Part shown: positions 22,132 through 35,900 of the stretch, piece by piece
Layout: every line of letters begins with the position of its first letter
Position numbering within the stretch: position 1 is the stretch's first letter
Source: Octopus sinensis
Lineage: Eukaryota
DNA length: 64,000 nt
Assembly: GCF_006345805.1 (NCBI RefSeq)
Contig: NC_043026.1
Location: 8,618,001 to 8,682,000, forward strand
Direction: 5' to 3'
The notes under the pieces: generated by a model
Seen by the model: the letters and a program-made list of their open reading frames with translations, nothing else
Told to the model about the DNA's origin: nothing
The model's database searches: none
Program-made: the position numbers and the translations under genes

Positions 22132-24126
22132 TCATGTATGAATACACTTGTGAGAAGTTAAGGAACTACTTTGAGAGAATGATTTACCACAGATTTTACA
22201 GGGATATGGCTTCTCTCCTGTATGAACACCCTTGTGACTATGTAAAGTACTACTCTGACAAAATGACTTACCACAGATATCGCAGTGATACGGCTTCTCC
22301 CCTGTATGAATACGCTTGTGACTATTTAAAGCACAACTCTGAGAGAATGATTTACTACAGATATTACACTGATATGGCTTCTCCCCTGTATGAATACGTT
22401 TATGGGTGGTTAGATTACTACTGGCAGCAAAAGATTTGTCACACATGTCACACTGATATGGCTTCTCTCCTGTATGAATACGTTTATGATCAGTCAAAGC
22501 AGTGCTGCGAGGGAATGATTTACCACAGATATTACAGGAATATGGTTTCTCTCCTGTATGAATACGCTTGTGAAAATTTAAATAACCTTGTTCACTGAAA
22601 AATTTACTACAGATGTTACACTGATATGGCTTCTCTCCTGTATGGGAACGTTTGTGACGACCAAAATCACTCTGGTCAGAGAAGGAGTTACCACAGACAT
22701 CACAGTGAAATGGCTTCTCTCCAGTATGAATACGTTTGTGGTTAGACAACTTACCACTTCCAGAGAATGATTTACCACAAATGTCACACCGAAATGGCTT
22801 CTCCCCTGTATGAACACGTACGTGTGCATTTAAAGCACTTCGATTAGAGAATGATTTACTACAGATCTCACAGTGATAGGGCTTCTCTCCAGTATGAACA
22901 CGTCTGTGTCTAGTCATGGAAGTATTTGTGGAGAACAGTTTACCACAGATATCACAGTTGTATGGCTTCTCTCCTGTATGGAAACGTTTGTGTTCAGATA
23001 AGTCAGATCTCACAGAGAATGATTTACCACAGGTACCACAGTGATAGGGCCTCTCTCCCGTATGAATACGCTTGTGCGTAGCTAAGGTGCCACCGCGAGA
23101 GAATGATTTACCACAGATATCGCAAGAATACGGTCTCTCCCCTGTATGTGTACGTTTGTGAGCAGACAGGGTACCACTTCGAGAGAAATATTTATCACAG
23201 ACATCACAGTGAAATGGCTTCTCTCCTGTATGGATATATTTATGCATAGCTAAGTTGTCTTTGCGGGAGAAGGATTTTCCACAGACATCACAAGAATATG
23301 GTGTCTCTCCTGTATGAGTACGCTTGTGATTAGTAAGGCCAGTACAAGCAGAGAAAGATTTGTTACAGATGTCACACTTATATGGTTTCTCTCCTGTATG
23401 AATGCGCTTGTGTATAGTCAAAGCACTGCAGCCAGTAAATGAATTACCACAGATATTACAAGAATATGGTTTCTCTCCTGTATGAATACGTTTGTGAAAA
23501 TTTAAAGTACTTCGGTTAGAGAATGATTTACTGCAGAGGTCACACTGATATGGCTTCTCTCCTGTATGAACACGTTTGTGAGAATTTAAGTCACTTCGCT
23601 GAGAGAATGATTTACCACAGACTTCACAGTGATAAGGCTTCTCCCCTGTATGAATACGTCGGTGTATAGTCACGTAAATTTTTTTAGAGAATGATTTACC
23701 ACAGATGTCACAGTCAAATGGCTTCTCCCCTGTATGAACACGTTTGTGTGTAATCAAGAAAAACTTCCTAGAGAATGATTTACCACAGATGTCACAGTGA
23801 AATGGCTTCTCCTTTGCATGAACACGTTGGTGTGTAGTGAAGTTAATTTTTTTAGAGAATGAATCTCCACAGACGTTACAATGAAATGACTTCTTCTGTG
23901 TATGAATACGCTGGTGTGTAGTCAAGCTAATTTTTTTAGAGAATGATTTTCCACAGGTGTCACAGTGAAATGGCGTCTCCCCTGTATGAACACGTTTGTG
24001 CATATTTAAGTGACTCTTTTGTGAGAAAGACTTTTTACAGACATCACAGTCATGTGACAATTTCCGTCTCCCTTTTTCACTATCTTCTACTAAAGTCAGA
24101 TCCTTTTGTTTTCCAATCTTTGCCAT
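22132..24126 (-). CDS. C2H2 zinc-finger protein ZNF2, 664 aa, 23 tandem fingers
   Basis: Uninterrupted ORF with TGEKP-type linkers and a short leader homologous to that of ZNF1. Confidence 0.97.
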   Translation of the reverse strand: MAKIGKQKDLTLVEDSEKGRRKLSHDCDVCKKSFSQKSHLNMHKRVHTGETPFHCDTCGKSFSKKISLTTHQRIHTQKKSFHCNVCGDSFSKKINFTTHQRVHAKEKPFHCDICGKSFSRKFFLITHKRVHTGEKPFDCDICGKSFSKKIYVTIHRRIHTGEKPYHCEVCGKSFSQRSDLNSHKRVHTGEKPYQCDLCSKSFSNRSTLNFHKRIHTGEKPYSCNICGNSFTGCSALTIHKRIHTGEKPYKCDICNKSFSACTGLTNHKRTHTGETPYSCDVCGKSFSRKDNLAMHKYIHTGEKPFHCDVCDKYFSRSGTLSAHKRTHTGERPYSCDICGKSFSRGGTLATHKRIHTGERPYHCGTCGKSFSVRSDLSEHKRFHTGEKPYNCDICGKLFSTNTSMTRHRRVHTGEKPYHCEICSKSFSNRSALNAHVRVHTGEKPFRCDICGKSFSGSGKLSNHKRIHTGEKPFHCDVCGNSFSDQSDFGRHKRSHTGEKPYQCNICSKFFSEQGYLNFHKRIHTGEKPYSCNICGKSFPRSTALTDHKRIHTGEKPYQCDMCDKSFAASSNLTTHKRIHTGEKPYQCNICSKSFSQSCALNSHKRIHTGEKPYHCDICGKSFCQSSTLHSHKGVHTGEKPYPCKICGKSFSQSSSLTSHKCIHT

Positions 24127-24535
24127 TGTTTTTCCTCAAAAACTACAACATGTATTTAAAAAATTTTCTTTTTGCTTCTATAGACGTTTGTTGACAAATA
24201 TTTTGACTGCTTTGTTTCCTGCCAATCTTGTATGAATACATCTGACTAGACACAAATGTATTCATACCATTTTTAGTAAATTTATCCAAGTTTAATTTGC
24301 AAAGAGACACATCTTGTAGACACTCCAGCCAGTGATGTCCAGAAGGTTTGCTAATAACACAATTCAGAGTAAATATATCAGAGGAATTCCACCACAGATT
24401 TATAGAAACAATCTTATATATCTGTTGTGTACAATATTTCCATTTTGGTCTTTAAAAAGATGATAAATAATGAGAATGTATCTTCAGTTATGCCAATGTC
24501 ATCTGATATTCTGAAATAATAAAGAAACAACAGTG
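24127..24535 (-). other. 5'UTR and splice acceptor of the ZNF2 terminal exon
   Basis: TTTATTATTTCAG|AATATC, exon start at 24510; paralogous to 7751-8130. Confidence 0.75.
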
Positions 24536-24585
24536 TAAAATATAGAGGCTACTTAAAAAGATACAGATTCAACATAAAGATAATT

Positions 24586-24765
24586 GGTACTATTTAAGAA
24601 GAGTGGTCCCGGTGCGCGCACTCGCGCATCGTGACTAGTCGATCTTAACTTTGTTTTATTTACTTTGCTAGGTAGTCGTTGTAGGATCGACTAGTCACGA
24701 CTAGCTGGCACGGATGCGCATGTACGCGAGTGCGCACACCAGGACCACTCTTCTTAAATAGTACC
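24586..24765. mobile_element. CpG-rich palindromic MITE, family C (GG termini, probably Merlin-type)
   Basis: Perfect 24-bp TIR GGTACTATTTAAGAAGAGTGGTCC, extending to ~41 bp with 2 mismatches. Absent at the paralogous site (~55830). Relatives at 26816-27007, ~44817-44853 and 62977-63124. Confidence 0.85.
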
Positions 24766-25414
24766 GATGAATTCTAGAAATAAACATTTAACTGAACAAC
24801 AGAACTTTTTAATTTATTAAAATTTACATAGGCGCAGGAGTGGCTGTGTGGTAAGTAGCTTGCTTACCAACCACACGGTTCCGGGTTCAGTCCCACTGCA
24901 TGTCACCTTGTGCAAGTGTCTTCTACTATAGCCTGAGGCCGACCAAAGCCTTGTGAGTGGATTTGGTAGACAGAAACTGAAAGAAGCCCTCGTATATATG
25001 TGTGTATATATATATATATCATCATCATCATCATCGTCGTTTAACGTCCGTTCTCCATGCTGGCATGGGTTGGACGGTTCGACCGGGGTTCTGGGAAGCC
25101 AGAAGGCTGCACCAGGCTCCAGTCTAATTTGGCAATGTTTCTACGGCTGGATGCCCTTCCTAACGCCAACCACTCCGTGAGTGTAGTGGGTGCTTTTTAC
25201 GTGCCACCTGCACAGGTGCCAGGCGGGGCTGGCAACGGCCAAGGCTAAAAAAACCACTATGTGGTCAGCCATATGCTAGAAGTAGATCACCTGCAATCAA
25301 ACTTTAGCCCTTTAAATATATACACATGTATCAGAATTTTCTGATTCTTCAGATTTTTGAATTCTAGGCTACTGGTTTTAAATTGATATTGAATTTATCT
25401 CCCTCATTATTTAA

Positions 25415-25470
<56 letters not shown>

Positions 25471-25984
25471 GTGTATAGGTTTGTGTCTGTGTTTGACCCC
25501 CTACCATTGCTTGACAAATGACGGTGGTGTGTTTACATCCCCGTAACTTAGCGGTTCAGCCGAACAGACTGATAGAATAAGTACTGGGCTTACAAAGAAT
25601 AAGTCCTGGGGTCGATTTGCTCGACTAAAAGGCGGTGCTCCAGCATGGCCGCAGTCAAATGACTGAAACGAGTAAAAGAGTTATTTAAATATCTAGTTCA
25701 AATGAAAGAGGAACAGAGACAAATTGCAAACGATGTGAAATTAATGAAGATCGATTTAATATAAAAAAAATAAAAAAACTCGAAATAAAATATTACCTAT
25801 AGCATTTTTACTATCTCTTCATGATAAATGTACGTCAGTGACTAAGTCAAGTAACTTTTTACAGAGAATTTTAATCATTTTCTCATTGTAACACTGTGAA
25901 GTTAATGATTAGAAAATATTGAAATTGAACATTACTGGTTTTTGCCCTATAAGAAACAATATTTTCAAACCCCACCCGTCTAAC

Positions 25985-26570
25985 AAAATACCGGTGTGGA
26001 ACCCCATCTTGCCCAGGATATTAATTGTCTGGAAACCGTTCAGCGATATGCAACCAAGAGAATACCCTCCATCAGGCATTTGCCATATTCTGAACGCCTT
26101 ACTTCCCTGGGCATGGACACATTGAAACTCCGACGTCTGGCAGCTGACTTGGCAGACACCCATAAAATTATCAACCATCGTACAAACAATAACTCTGAGC
26201 ACCTTTTCAAACTCCACCCGTCTAACACCTGTGGACATGTTTACAAAGTCAGAAAACAGCACAGCTCCCATGACTTTAGGAAACATTTTTTCACGCTGAG
26301 AGTTGCTGAAGCATGGAACAAACTGCCAGCATCAGTTGTTAGTTGTCGGAGCACTGCATCCTTCAAAACTTCCATGCTTCCTGAGATTCGCCAACACTAC
26401 ACCTGATCTTCTCCCCTCCATACACACACAAGCATGTATCTGACTCATACACTGTTCACTTTCCAGACATTTGTACATTACTGCATATACTTTATATGCA
26501 CTTTCTGACAAGTTGTGGTGCACCTGAGCACTTTATACAATAATTTCATCATTATTATTATCATTATTAT
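25985..26570 (+). mobile_element. CR1-type LINE 3' end
   Basis: PVWNP...LETVQRYATKRIP...YSERL..LGMDTLKLRR...FFTLRVAEAWNKLP, followed by a 3'UTR and an (ATT)n tail. Confidence 0.85.
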
Positions 26571-26815
26571 AATCGTGTGGGGGGAAAAAAATTGACTTTG
26601 AATCCAACAGAGAAAAGAATATTAATTGTTAAACACTGAATATCATCCAGGTATTTTAATTAGCAACCTCAATTATAATCGGGTTGAGAGGTGAGGGAAA
26701 ATTTCTTGAAAATGAAAAGGACCTGGCAACTAAGTTTTGGACTGAGATTTCAACAAAACAACTAAGACAGATGACCAATTTCCAGTCCTAAATATAATGA
26801 AGCAATACTCATAAT

Positions 26816-27007
26816 GGGTACTACTAGAGAACAGTGGCCCCGGAGTGCGCGCTAGCTAGTCGTGACTAGTCGATCCTACAACGACTACCTAGCAAAGTAA
26901 ATAAAACACAAAATCACAAAGTAAGGATCGACTAGTCATGACTAGCTAGTTCGGATGCGCGAGTATGCGAGTGCGCGCACTGGGACCACTGTTCTCAAGT
27001 AGTACCC
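26816..27007. mobile_element. MITE family C
   Basis: GGGTACTAC...GTAGTACCC termini and the same core as 24586-24765. Confidence 0.8.
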
Positions 27008-27045
27008 ACAGAATGTAATAATTTCAAACAGGTTTAGAAAAAATA

Positions 27046-27205
27046 TGGAGTGGCTGTGTGGTAAGTAGCTTGCCTACCAACCACATAGTTCCGGGTTCAG
27101 TCCCACTGCGTGGCATCTTGGGCAAGTGTCTTCTGCTATAGCCCCGGGCCGACCAATGCCTTGTGAGTGGATTTGGTTGATGGAAACTGAAAGAAGCCTG
27201 TCGTA

Positions 27206-27275
<70 letters not shown>

Positions 27276-27490
27276 AGTTTGTGTGTCTGTGTTTGTCCCC
27301 CATAGCATTGCTTGACAACCGATGCTGGTGTGTTTACGTCCCCGTCACTTAGCGGTTCGGCAAAAGAGCCAGATAGAATAAGTACTGGGCTTACAAAGAA
27401 TAAGTCCTGGGGTCGATTTGCTCGACTAAAGGCGGTGCTCCAGCATGGCCGCAGTCAAATGACTGAAACAAGTAGAAGAGTAAAGAGTAA
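27046..27490 (+). mobile_element. SINE family A
   Basis: Full head, body and tail. Confidence 0.9.
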
Positions 27491-27623
27491 ATGGGAAATT
27501 TCTGGTTTTGCCCCGCGTAAATGTCTTTGTACCTTTCCAACACATGTTTTCGGCCTAAGAAAAACCCCTAAACCCTAAATACCCGGACAACTTATTCTGC
27601 AACTTCGCCGGAAAAAAAAATTC

Positions 27624-28047
27624 GGCAATCTTTCGTCTCTAGTAGACCTTTCCGTCGATTTCCGTAAAAACCTTTTATTATTTTACATATGGGCTTGCGG
27701 GAACTTTTGAAGTAATGAGAGCGAAAGAGACTAAGAGAAAGCGATTGTATGACGAGGGAAGTTCTTTTGAAGTTACCGTGCATGGGAAGCATTGATGTAC
27801 ATGTGTGTGTGTGTGTGTTTGATGGGGTGTGGGAGACAGACAGTATGTTGTGTAAGTGAAGTGCTTCTGTTAGTGTGTGTGAAGAGACAGAGTAATGTGT
27901 GAAAGAAAGAGATAACTGAAAATTTTTACTCGGTGTATGTGTATATGTATGTATATTACTTCAAAAGTTCCCGCAAGCCCATATGTAAAAAAAATAAATA
28001 TTTTTACGGAAATCGACGGAAAGGTCTACTAGAAACGAAAGATTGCC
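27624..28047. mobile_element. Merlin-type MITE, family A (inverted copy)
   Basis: GGCAATCTTTCG...CGAAAGATTGCC flanked by the direct repeat AAAATTC. Confidence 0.85.
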
Positions 28048-28757
28048 AAAATTCGATAAATTATAATAAAGCATTGGATTCTCACCATTTCTGTGGTTGG
28101 AGTTTATTTTAAGAATATTTCTCCAACAAACACATGGGGAAACGATGGAGCGTGTAGGAGGTTGCCGCCATAGCTAGAAATAGCAGCCAAATGTCGCACA
28201 CATCAAAGGACATCTAAAACACCAAAGTATTGAAAGATTAAATGATTTCATTGTTTAATACTTACGGAAATGTCTTTATAAAGGATGGTGTTGTTGTTGT
28301 TAGAAGTGCTTCAGGTGGTTGAGAAATGTATTACAAATGTGTTTGGGAGTGAATTAGGAGAAACTCTGGCGCCAAACACGATCGTCAAGATGCAATGAAT
28401 GAAGACGGAAGTACGTTCCGTGCGCATGCGTATGAAATATTAGTTTCATATTTTGGCACAAGGCCTGCAGTTTTGGGGGAGGGGGCGTAAGTCGATTCCA
28501 TGGACCTCAGTAGTCCACTGGTATTTGGGCGATCTTTCGATATTCGGAATTTTGTCCAGAATTTGTTTAGAAAATGTTATCTTCCGATGGTGGGAGTAAA
28601 GAGATTCGGGAAATGAACACGAGTTGGCCTTGTTTCGTTATAACATTCCGAAAAATGGATATTTCTTGACGAAATTTCCTATAAATGCCCTTAAATTACA
28701 AATCAGATTTTCTTATGCAAAAGGGAAAAAAAAATCGTTGAGATTTACACATACTCA

Positions 28758-29178
28758 GGCGCAGGAGTGGCTGTGTGGTAAAGTAGCTTGCTAACCAACC
28801 ACATGGTTCCGGGTTCAGTCCCACTGCGTGGCATCTTGGGCAAGTGTCTTCTACTAGAGCCTTGGGCCGACCAAAGCCTTGTGAGTGGATTTGGTAGACG
28901 GAAACTGAAAGAAGCCTGTCGTATATATGTATATATATATATAAGTGTGTGTGTGTATGTTTGTGTGTCTGTGTTTGTCCCCCTAGCATTGCTTGACAAC
29001 CGATGCTGGTGTGTTTATGTCCCTGTCACTTAGCGGTTCGGCAAAAGAGACCGATAGAATGAGTACTGGGCTTACAAAGAATAAGTCCCGGGGTCGATTT
29101 GCTCGACTAAAGGCGGTGCTCCAGCATGGCCGCAGTCAAATGACTGAAACAAGTAAAAGAGTAAAAGAGTAAAGAGTA
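28758..29178 (+). mobile_element. SINE family A, full length
   Basis: GGCGCAGGAGTGGCTG head through to the AAGAGT-repeat tail. Confidence 0.9.
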
Positions 29179-29290
29179 TACTTTCTGACAGACATCTCGA
29201 AATAAAACTTGAAATTTCGAAAAGAATTGTGGCCTATGTCAGTATGTATGTATAGGAGCCAACCAGTTATCTTTAATTTTTATTATTAAA

Positions 29291-29688
29291 CTAGCAGTAT
29301 CGCCCGGCGTTGCTCGGGTTTGTAAGGGAAATAACTATATAAGCATTTTTAGAGTTATAGCCAAAAAATAGCAAAAAATGCATTAAAAATGGAAAAAAAA
29401 ACGATGGTAAATTTTTTTTTTAATCGTTGACTCATCGTAGACATTTTTAGAGAGTTACTTCCCTTATATAATAGCGAAAAAATGCATTAAAATGGAAAAA
29501 AATGATGGTAAATTTTTTTTTAATCATAGACTCATCGTAGACGCGCGCTAATACCCAGAAGGGCTCGATATGAATCACGACTATAAGATACCCGGTTTTG
29601 GTTAAACTGCACCGCAAAATGTGGGAGTAGTTAGGAATCTAAATCGTAGGAGACAGACAGCACACAACCTCACTTTTATATATAAAGA
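29291..29688 (-). mobile_element. Non-autonomous Helitron
   Basis: Reverse complement of the 21738 family: TC start, CCCGAGCAACGCCGGGCGATACTG-CTAG end, A^T target. Confidence 0.9.
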
Positions 29689-29820
29689 TTCCGACATAAT
29701 CTAATCTATACACTCTGGAAGGGTTTTGTAGAAAATTTGGCAAGACTTCCGCCCACCCCCAATCCACCCTTAAAATTTTTTTTTTCTCTTTCGACACCCC
29801 CCCCCCCTTTTCGGCTACGG

Positions 29821-30186
29821 AGATTATGATTCAGACAAAAATTTCCAAAAGTTTTGTCAAAATTTTTTTTTAGAATTTTTTTTTTTTTCAAAATATGCGG
29901 AAAAATACGGAAATTATGGATTCGGACAAAAATTTCCAAAAGTTTTTGTAAAAATTTTTTTTTTCAAAATATGCAGAAAAATACGGAGATTATGATTCTG
30001 AAAAAAATTTCCAAAAGTTTTTGTAAAATTTTTTTTAAGAATTTGTTTTCTAAATATGCGGAAAAATACGGAGATTATGATTCGGACAAAAATTTCCAAA
30101 AGTTTTGTAAAATTTTTATTAGGAATTTTTTTTTCTAAATATGCAGAAAAATACAGAGATTGTGATTTGGACAAAAATTTCAAAAC
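29821..30186. repeat. AT-rich minisatellite, ~4.3 units of ~85 bp
   Basis: GATTATGATTCGGACAAAAATTTCCAAAAG...AATATGCGGAAAAATACGGA repeated. Confidence 0.85.
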
Positions 30187-31297
30187 ATTTCTGTACTTAC
30201 GGTTAGAGTTTTAGGGTTAGTTGTGGGAGAAAAAAGTCAAAATTGAAGAAGTTGGGGGGAGGGGAAAAGGAGGAGAAAAAATTTCACAAAGCCGATTTTT
30301 GCCAATTTTCCGGAACCTCCATATCCGGAAACGGGAATTTTTGGCAAAAAATAATGACAAAAATAAACAAATTTGGGAGAAAATGGTGGGGGAGGGGGGC
30401 GGAATACTTTCCCTCCCCTCTTCCAGTCCAGATCAATTTTGACCCTTTTTTTATTTGTTTTTGTTCGACGCACTTAAAACCCGTGAGAGAAACATTTTCG
30501 CTGAAAAATATATTATGTAAATTTTAGCAAGAAAACCCCACGATTTTCACTAAGAAACAAAAACAAACTTGTATTTCTTTTCCTTAGTGAAAATCGTGTG
30601 GGTGTCCTTACCAAAATTTAGCAAAAATTGTTAATAATTTGAGAGGAAAATCTGATTTGAGGGAGGTATGACTGTTATTTCTAGCACATCCCAACACCTC
30701 CCTCCTCGTTTCTTTCTGAATCTCACATCTATTGATGCTTTTCAATATTTTTTCTCCCCAGAAACACATTTTATGGAATGATGATGCCAAAGTAACACAC
30801 GCCTGGTCCCTTGCTGCGATATAATAAGCTAAGAGAAAAGACAAAATGGTAATTTCGATTTTTATTCGCATCGCAACCAAGCGAGGCCGTGTGTGTAAGA
30901 AAAGAAAGCATTTTCTAACAGAAAAGGATGCTCTCAAAAGAAATCCTCTTTTACAAAGCTCTTATTTAAATCATTTATACACATATGGAGGCGCAATGGC
31001 CTAGTGGTTAGGGCAGCGGACTTGCGGTCGGAGGATCGCGGTTTCGATTCCCAGACCAGGCGTTGTGTGTGTTTATTGAGCGAAAAAAACACCTAAAAGC
31101 TCCACGAGGCTCCGGCAGGAGGTGGTGATCCCTGCTGTACTCTTTCACCACTCTAAAGGCGGTGCTCCAGCATGGCCGCAGTCAAATGACTGAAACAAGT
31201 ACAAAAAAAAAAAAAAAATATATATATAGATATATACCTACATATACACACACGTTTTTGCAATGTTTTTTAAACACATAACTCATAGATGCATACT

Positions 31298-32339
31298 TCT
31301 ATATATATAAAACTCAACTTGTGTGTGTGTGTGTATCTGTGTGTTTAACTTCCCAGCACATCTCCTCCTAGCCAACAAATCATAGAATCGCTGAAAATGG
31401 GTCACTTAAAGTTTGGGCGAATGAAAATTGAACTGCGCTATTTCTGTTCCGAAATTCATCTCACAAGTGCAAAAATCGATAATGTGTTTGTTTAGGCCTT
31501 ATCCCATACATTGGATAGTGAACTGATGTGAACTGTGTTCACCATGTGTGCAAGCATGCGTAAATTGCATGAAAAATAAAAAAATCAAGATATAAAAACG
31601 AATCGCCGTAAACATTCTAGAAATTCGTCAAAGAAATGAATTTTTGGGATGTAACCTGGAGGGTTTTTTCGTATTAATCGTTTGGACTTTGTAAACACAT
31701 ACCAATTGTTTTCATAACATTTTTAACACTTTGAATTAAATGTGACCATTTTGCGTTGAGTCTGCAGTTTGAATCATTTTAACCAAATTTTAGCAGGCCA
31801 GATTTTTGATCATCATGATACATCGCCAGCGACTCCCTGAAATCCCCGTTGAGAAATCTATATATATAAAACTCAACTTGTGTGTCTGTGTGTTTAACTT
31901 TTGGATCTACCAAGTTTCATTATTAAGGATGGAAAGTAGTGTGTAGCAAATCTATATATATAAAGCTGAAGTTGTCTGTGTGTGGCAGGTTTGGTAGCCT
32001 TCAACTAACACTATCTCCTCTGAGACCCTGCAGCGCAAGTTGACCAAAATTGAGAGTATGATAGAAGAAGGCTTGCTCTTCATTCTGTAGAAGAAAGAAT
32101 TCAAATCGGCCCATGTTAACACCCAAAATTATTTACATCAAACAGGTGCTTTTTTTCTATGAAAATCCCTATTTTTTACGATTTTTGACTGCTGTGTCAC
32201 CATTTTTCGGTGTATTTCAACCAGAAAAATGTTCACTTGAAGAGAATAACAAGCTACATAATGCAAAATTTTTACTTTTCAAAAATTCCAATTCTAAAGG
32301 GTCAAAACAAACCCGAGCAACGCTGGGTGATACTGCTAG
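31298..32339 (+). mobile_element. Composite non-autonomous Helitron(s): three 5' ends, one 3' end
   Basis: TCTATATATATAAA starts at 31298, 31857 and 31951. A single end CCCGAGCAACGCTGGGTGATACTGCTAG|T at 32339. Confidence 0.75.
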
Positions 32340-32340
32340 T

Positions 32341-32428
32341 ATATATATATATGTGTGTGTGTGTATACGTATACATACATGATATATATATATATAAATC
32401 ATGTTGTTGTTTCTTCTATCTGTTATAC

Positions 32429-32468
<40 letters not shown>

Positions 32469-32590
32469 GTATGTATATATATATATGTGTATGTATATAT
32501 ATATATATGTATGTATATATATATATACACACATATATATATATATATATACACACATATATATATATATATATACATACACATTTTATT
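32341..32590. repeat. Compound (TA)n/(TG)n/(CA)n microsatellite
   Basis: Directly visible; source of the YIYIY ORFs. Confidence 0.95.
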
Positions 32591-32921
32591 TAAACTGCAA
32601 AATTTTCTGAGAACTGTTGTACATTTTCTTTTACTTGTCTCAGTGATTTTGAATGCGGCCATACTGGAGCACCTCTTTATGTATATATATTATATTCAAA
32701 AGTGAGTTCATATTTATGTTTACAGACTTATTTCTATACATACATAAATATGTGTGTATATATATATACAAACACATGTACATATACTGTATATAAATAT
32801 ACACATACAGAAAGAGAGTGTGTAGAATGCAATGTAGGTTCAATTCCTTGTTGAATCCATTTACTACAACAACAACAACAATAAGAAGAAGAAGATTGAA
32901 GTTTAATATTTCTGAAAATAT

Positions 32922-35900
32922 TTATTTCTCATAATAAAAGAAAGCAAAAGATTGACGTCCAGGAATAATTCCAAAAACCATCAAAGAATTGTCTGAAACA
33001 TCCAAACCAAGAACTTCAAAGACTTCATTATCAATATTCCTCAGAAGTAAATATTTTGGATTATCTTTTAATCCCAGGATTTCATCGTCTTCAGATGTTT
33101 CCTCTTCAATATGTCGAGGTATTTCGTAAATATTGTTTCTTCTATCTGTTATATAAACACATTCACCAATTATGGTTAAATGAGGTCTTGGAATATAATA
33201 ATCCAGACCATAAAATATACTTCCTTCTATTCTTAGCCTCCTCACCAACAAATTTTCCCTGAACCATTCCACAAAACACAAATCATTCCACAATTCAAAC
33301 TCCTTCTTCCACTCCCTCCTCACAACAACAACATCACCAAAAGATGTGACTCCTACATCATCCACCCCTTCATCTCCCTCAAACCTTCCACATCTCCTTA
33401 TCTTCCCACGACACACTTCATCTTTACATTTCCCATCTTTGATATCAACCACATCCACATAATAAGGGTCAAAGAGGGCGGGGTCTTTGCAATAAAAGTA
33501 ATACTTGTTGTTCATCCATTTTCTTTGGTATTTCTTGTGTCTCTCTTCTTGAGTTATGTCTCTAATATAATGACCACCACACACGAGTTGATTGTCGTTG
33601 TATTTATAAATCCTGTTGTAGTATTTCTCAGTTCTGATGGTTTTTAAACGACAGAGATCCCTGTTGAAGACCCTCATTTCTCTCCCAAAGGCGACAATGA
33701 AACATTCATCTGTCCACCGACATATGTCCAATGGTGGTCGTTGTTGTTGTTGTTCATATTGAAGTATGTCAACTGTTGTTGTTGTTCTGATTAATGTGAC
33801 ACTTTCTCGAAATATCAACACACTCACATTCTCATCTAACTTAATTAGTTTACTGTTCCAATCCCTAATGTCCTTAAAATCATAATTAACGGGTTCCTCG
33901 AATGCAGGAATGGAAAAAGGGACCATTGCTGTCCTATATGGAAGTCTCCTCACTGATATTTCATCAATTCCTGAATTATTAATCTCCGCTATGTAATTAC
34001 CACATCTCACCTTTAATCTACCTTTACCAATAATTTCACCTGATTTACCTCTTCTTCTTCCTCCTCCATCTCCATCTCCTCCTCTGTATTCCAATTTATT
34101 AATTAATTCATTACTGAATATTTCCTTGTTTGTTTCAGATGTAATGGAAGGGAAACGAAGACCAGAATCAAGATTTAATAACGACACAGATTCCAGAATG
34201 TTCACTTGGTCCCCATCAATCTTTATGCAATGACATTCAATCAATTCAATATGTACACACCAGTAAATACCCGCCACTTTTCTCCATATTACACCATAAG
34301 GGATGAGACTCGGCCAAACTTTAGATGTCTGCAAATCTTCTCCATTCAGTTGGAATATTTCTTTCCTTTTAGGAACCGTGGCCATTATGTGTGATTTTTG
34401 TGTAAAACACACACCACCAACTAAACTTGCAACATTTCTGTGACATAGCAACTGGCCGTCTTCATCAAATATCTTAACATTTCCATTATTGGTTTTTTCA
34501 CACACAACTGTCTTTCCTTCCTCAGAGACATCAAAATCTTTTACTTGAACAGGACATTTGTCTGTTTGTAAACGAGCAACCGGGAAGCTGTCTCGATTCA
34601 CCATAAACAACCCTTCAACATACAATTCATTTCTTCTTCCCTTCCTGGGGCTTCCAACAAACCTTGGTCCTTTATAGTTTATACTGAAGAATTCTACTTC
34701 ATCTTTATAAATTCTTTCATTTAAAAATATTCTCTTGTATTCCCCATTCTGGGTCAAACACAAAATGCTATTATATCCAGAGAAAGCTAAATATTTTTCC
34801 CATCGACCACAAATGTACAAAAAACTGTCATCAATTGTCATATTGTCTTCACCAAAATAATACTTCATGTAGTGACTGACTGAATGTAAATATTGACCAC
34901 CACTGTTGAAGAAAATTATGAATCTTTCGTTTAAGACAATGATGACATCTTCATCAGTAACTTTAATATCCTTGATGTCATCAGAATAATTTCCATCTTC
35001 TTTTCTCATTATTAATGGTTCAGGTATCTTTATTTGTTTTATTTCCTTCACACTCGTATGTATTTCATCAATATCAACAAAATGCAAATGTCTTTCATCT
35101 TCCCATTCACTCAAAACCAGTTGATTATTTGATAAAGAAGCCACACATTTATAATTAGTTCTCGTTTTGTAAATTATCAACGACAAGGGAAATTCCACTT
35201 TTAATGTCAATAGCTGGGATTTATTATCAAAACGATCCTTATTCGTAATGACCAGTGTGTTTGACTGCCATCGACACATTTTAATAAATCCATTAACATT
35301 CCATTTGATTGAATCCAAAAGTTGACCATCCAATGTGAATATCTTAATGTTTTTATTCCACTCATCACAACCTGCAATCAGACTATTTTCAGTAAGAACC
35401 AAATAATTAATCCCCACTGGTTCTTTGTCCCCCAAATGTTGAGGGAGAGGAATATGTCTGGCTTTATCAGAAACTGTCAGGTCCTGTAGATATAAAGTGG
35501 AAGACAACATTTCACTGAGAGAAATGTTTCTAGAAAATACATCCACCAGGTCGATATAATAATTAAGTTGATTATTAGTAACGAGATCATTAACCAACAA
35601 ATTCTGATCGTTTATGGCAAACATACGGCTTCTGTCTATCAGATAAACAGACGTTTGGTCAATAGATCCACCTTGGAGATTGGGGAGACGTTTCACTTGG
35701 GACATTAAAACACTGGGGACCATCTGACGACCGCCATGGCCACCACCGCTAATGTGCTTGAAGAAAGCTTCTGTTTCGGACTCTGAATCACTGGATACCA
35801 TGTCAATACTACTAATACTACCATCACTGCCACCACTCTGACAACATGCCCTGCCATGACTACCACTACCTATTGTAGTGTTGTATTGAATAGCTTTTCC

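Noticed and set aside
28758-28835. tRNA genes at SINE heads
   Set aside because: A/B boxes are present but they continue into SINE bodies and I could not fold a complete cloverleaf.
32210-32843. YIYIY-rich ORFs here and at other (TA)n tracts
   Set aside because: Microsatellite translation artefacts.
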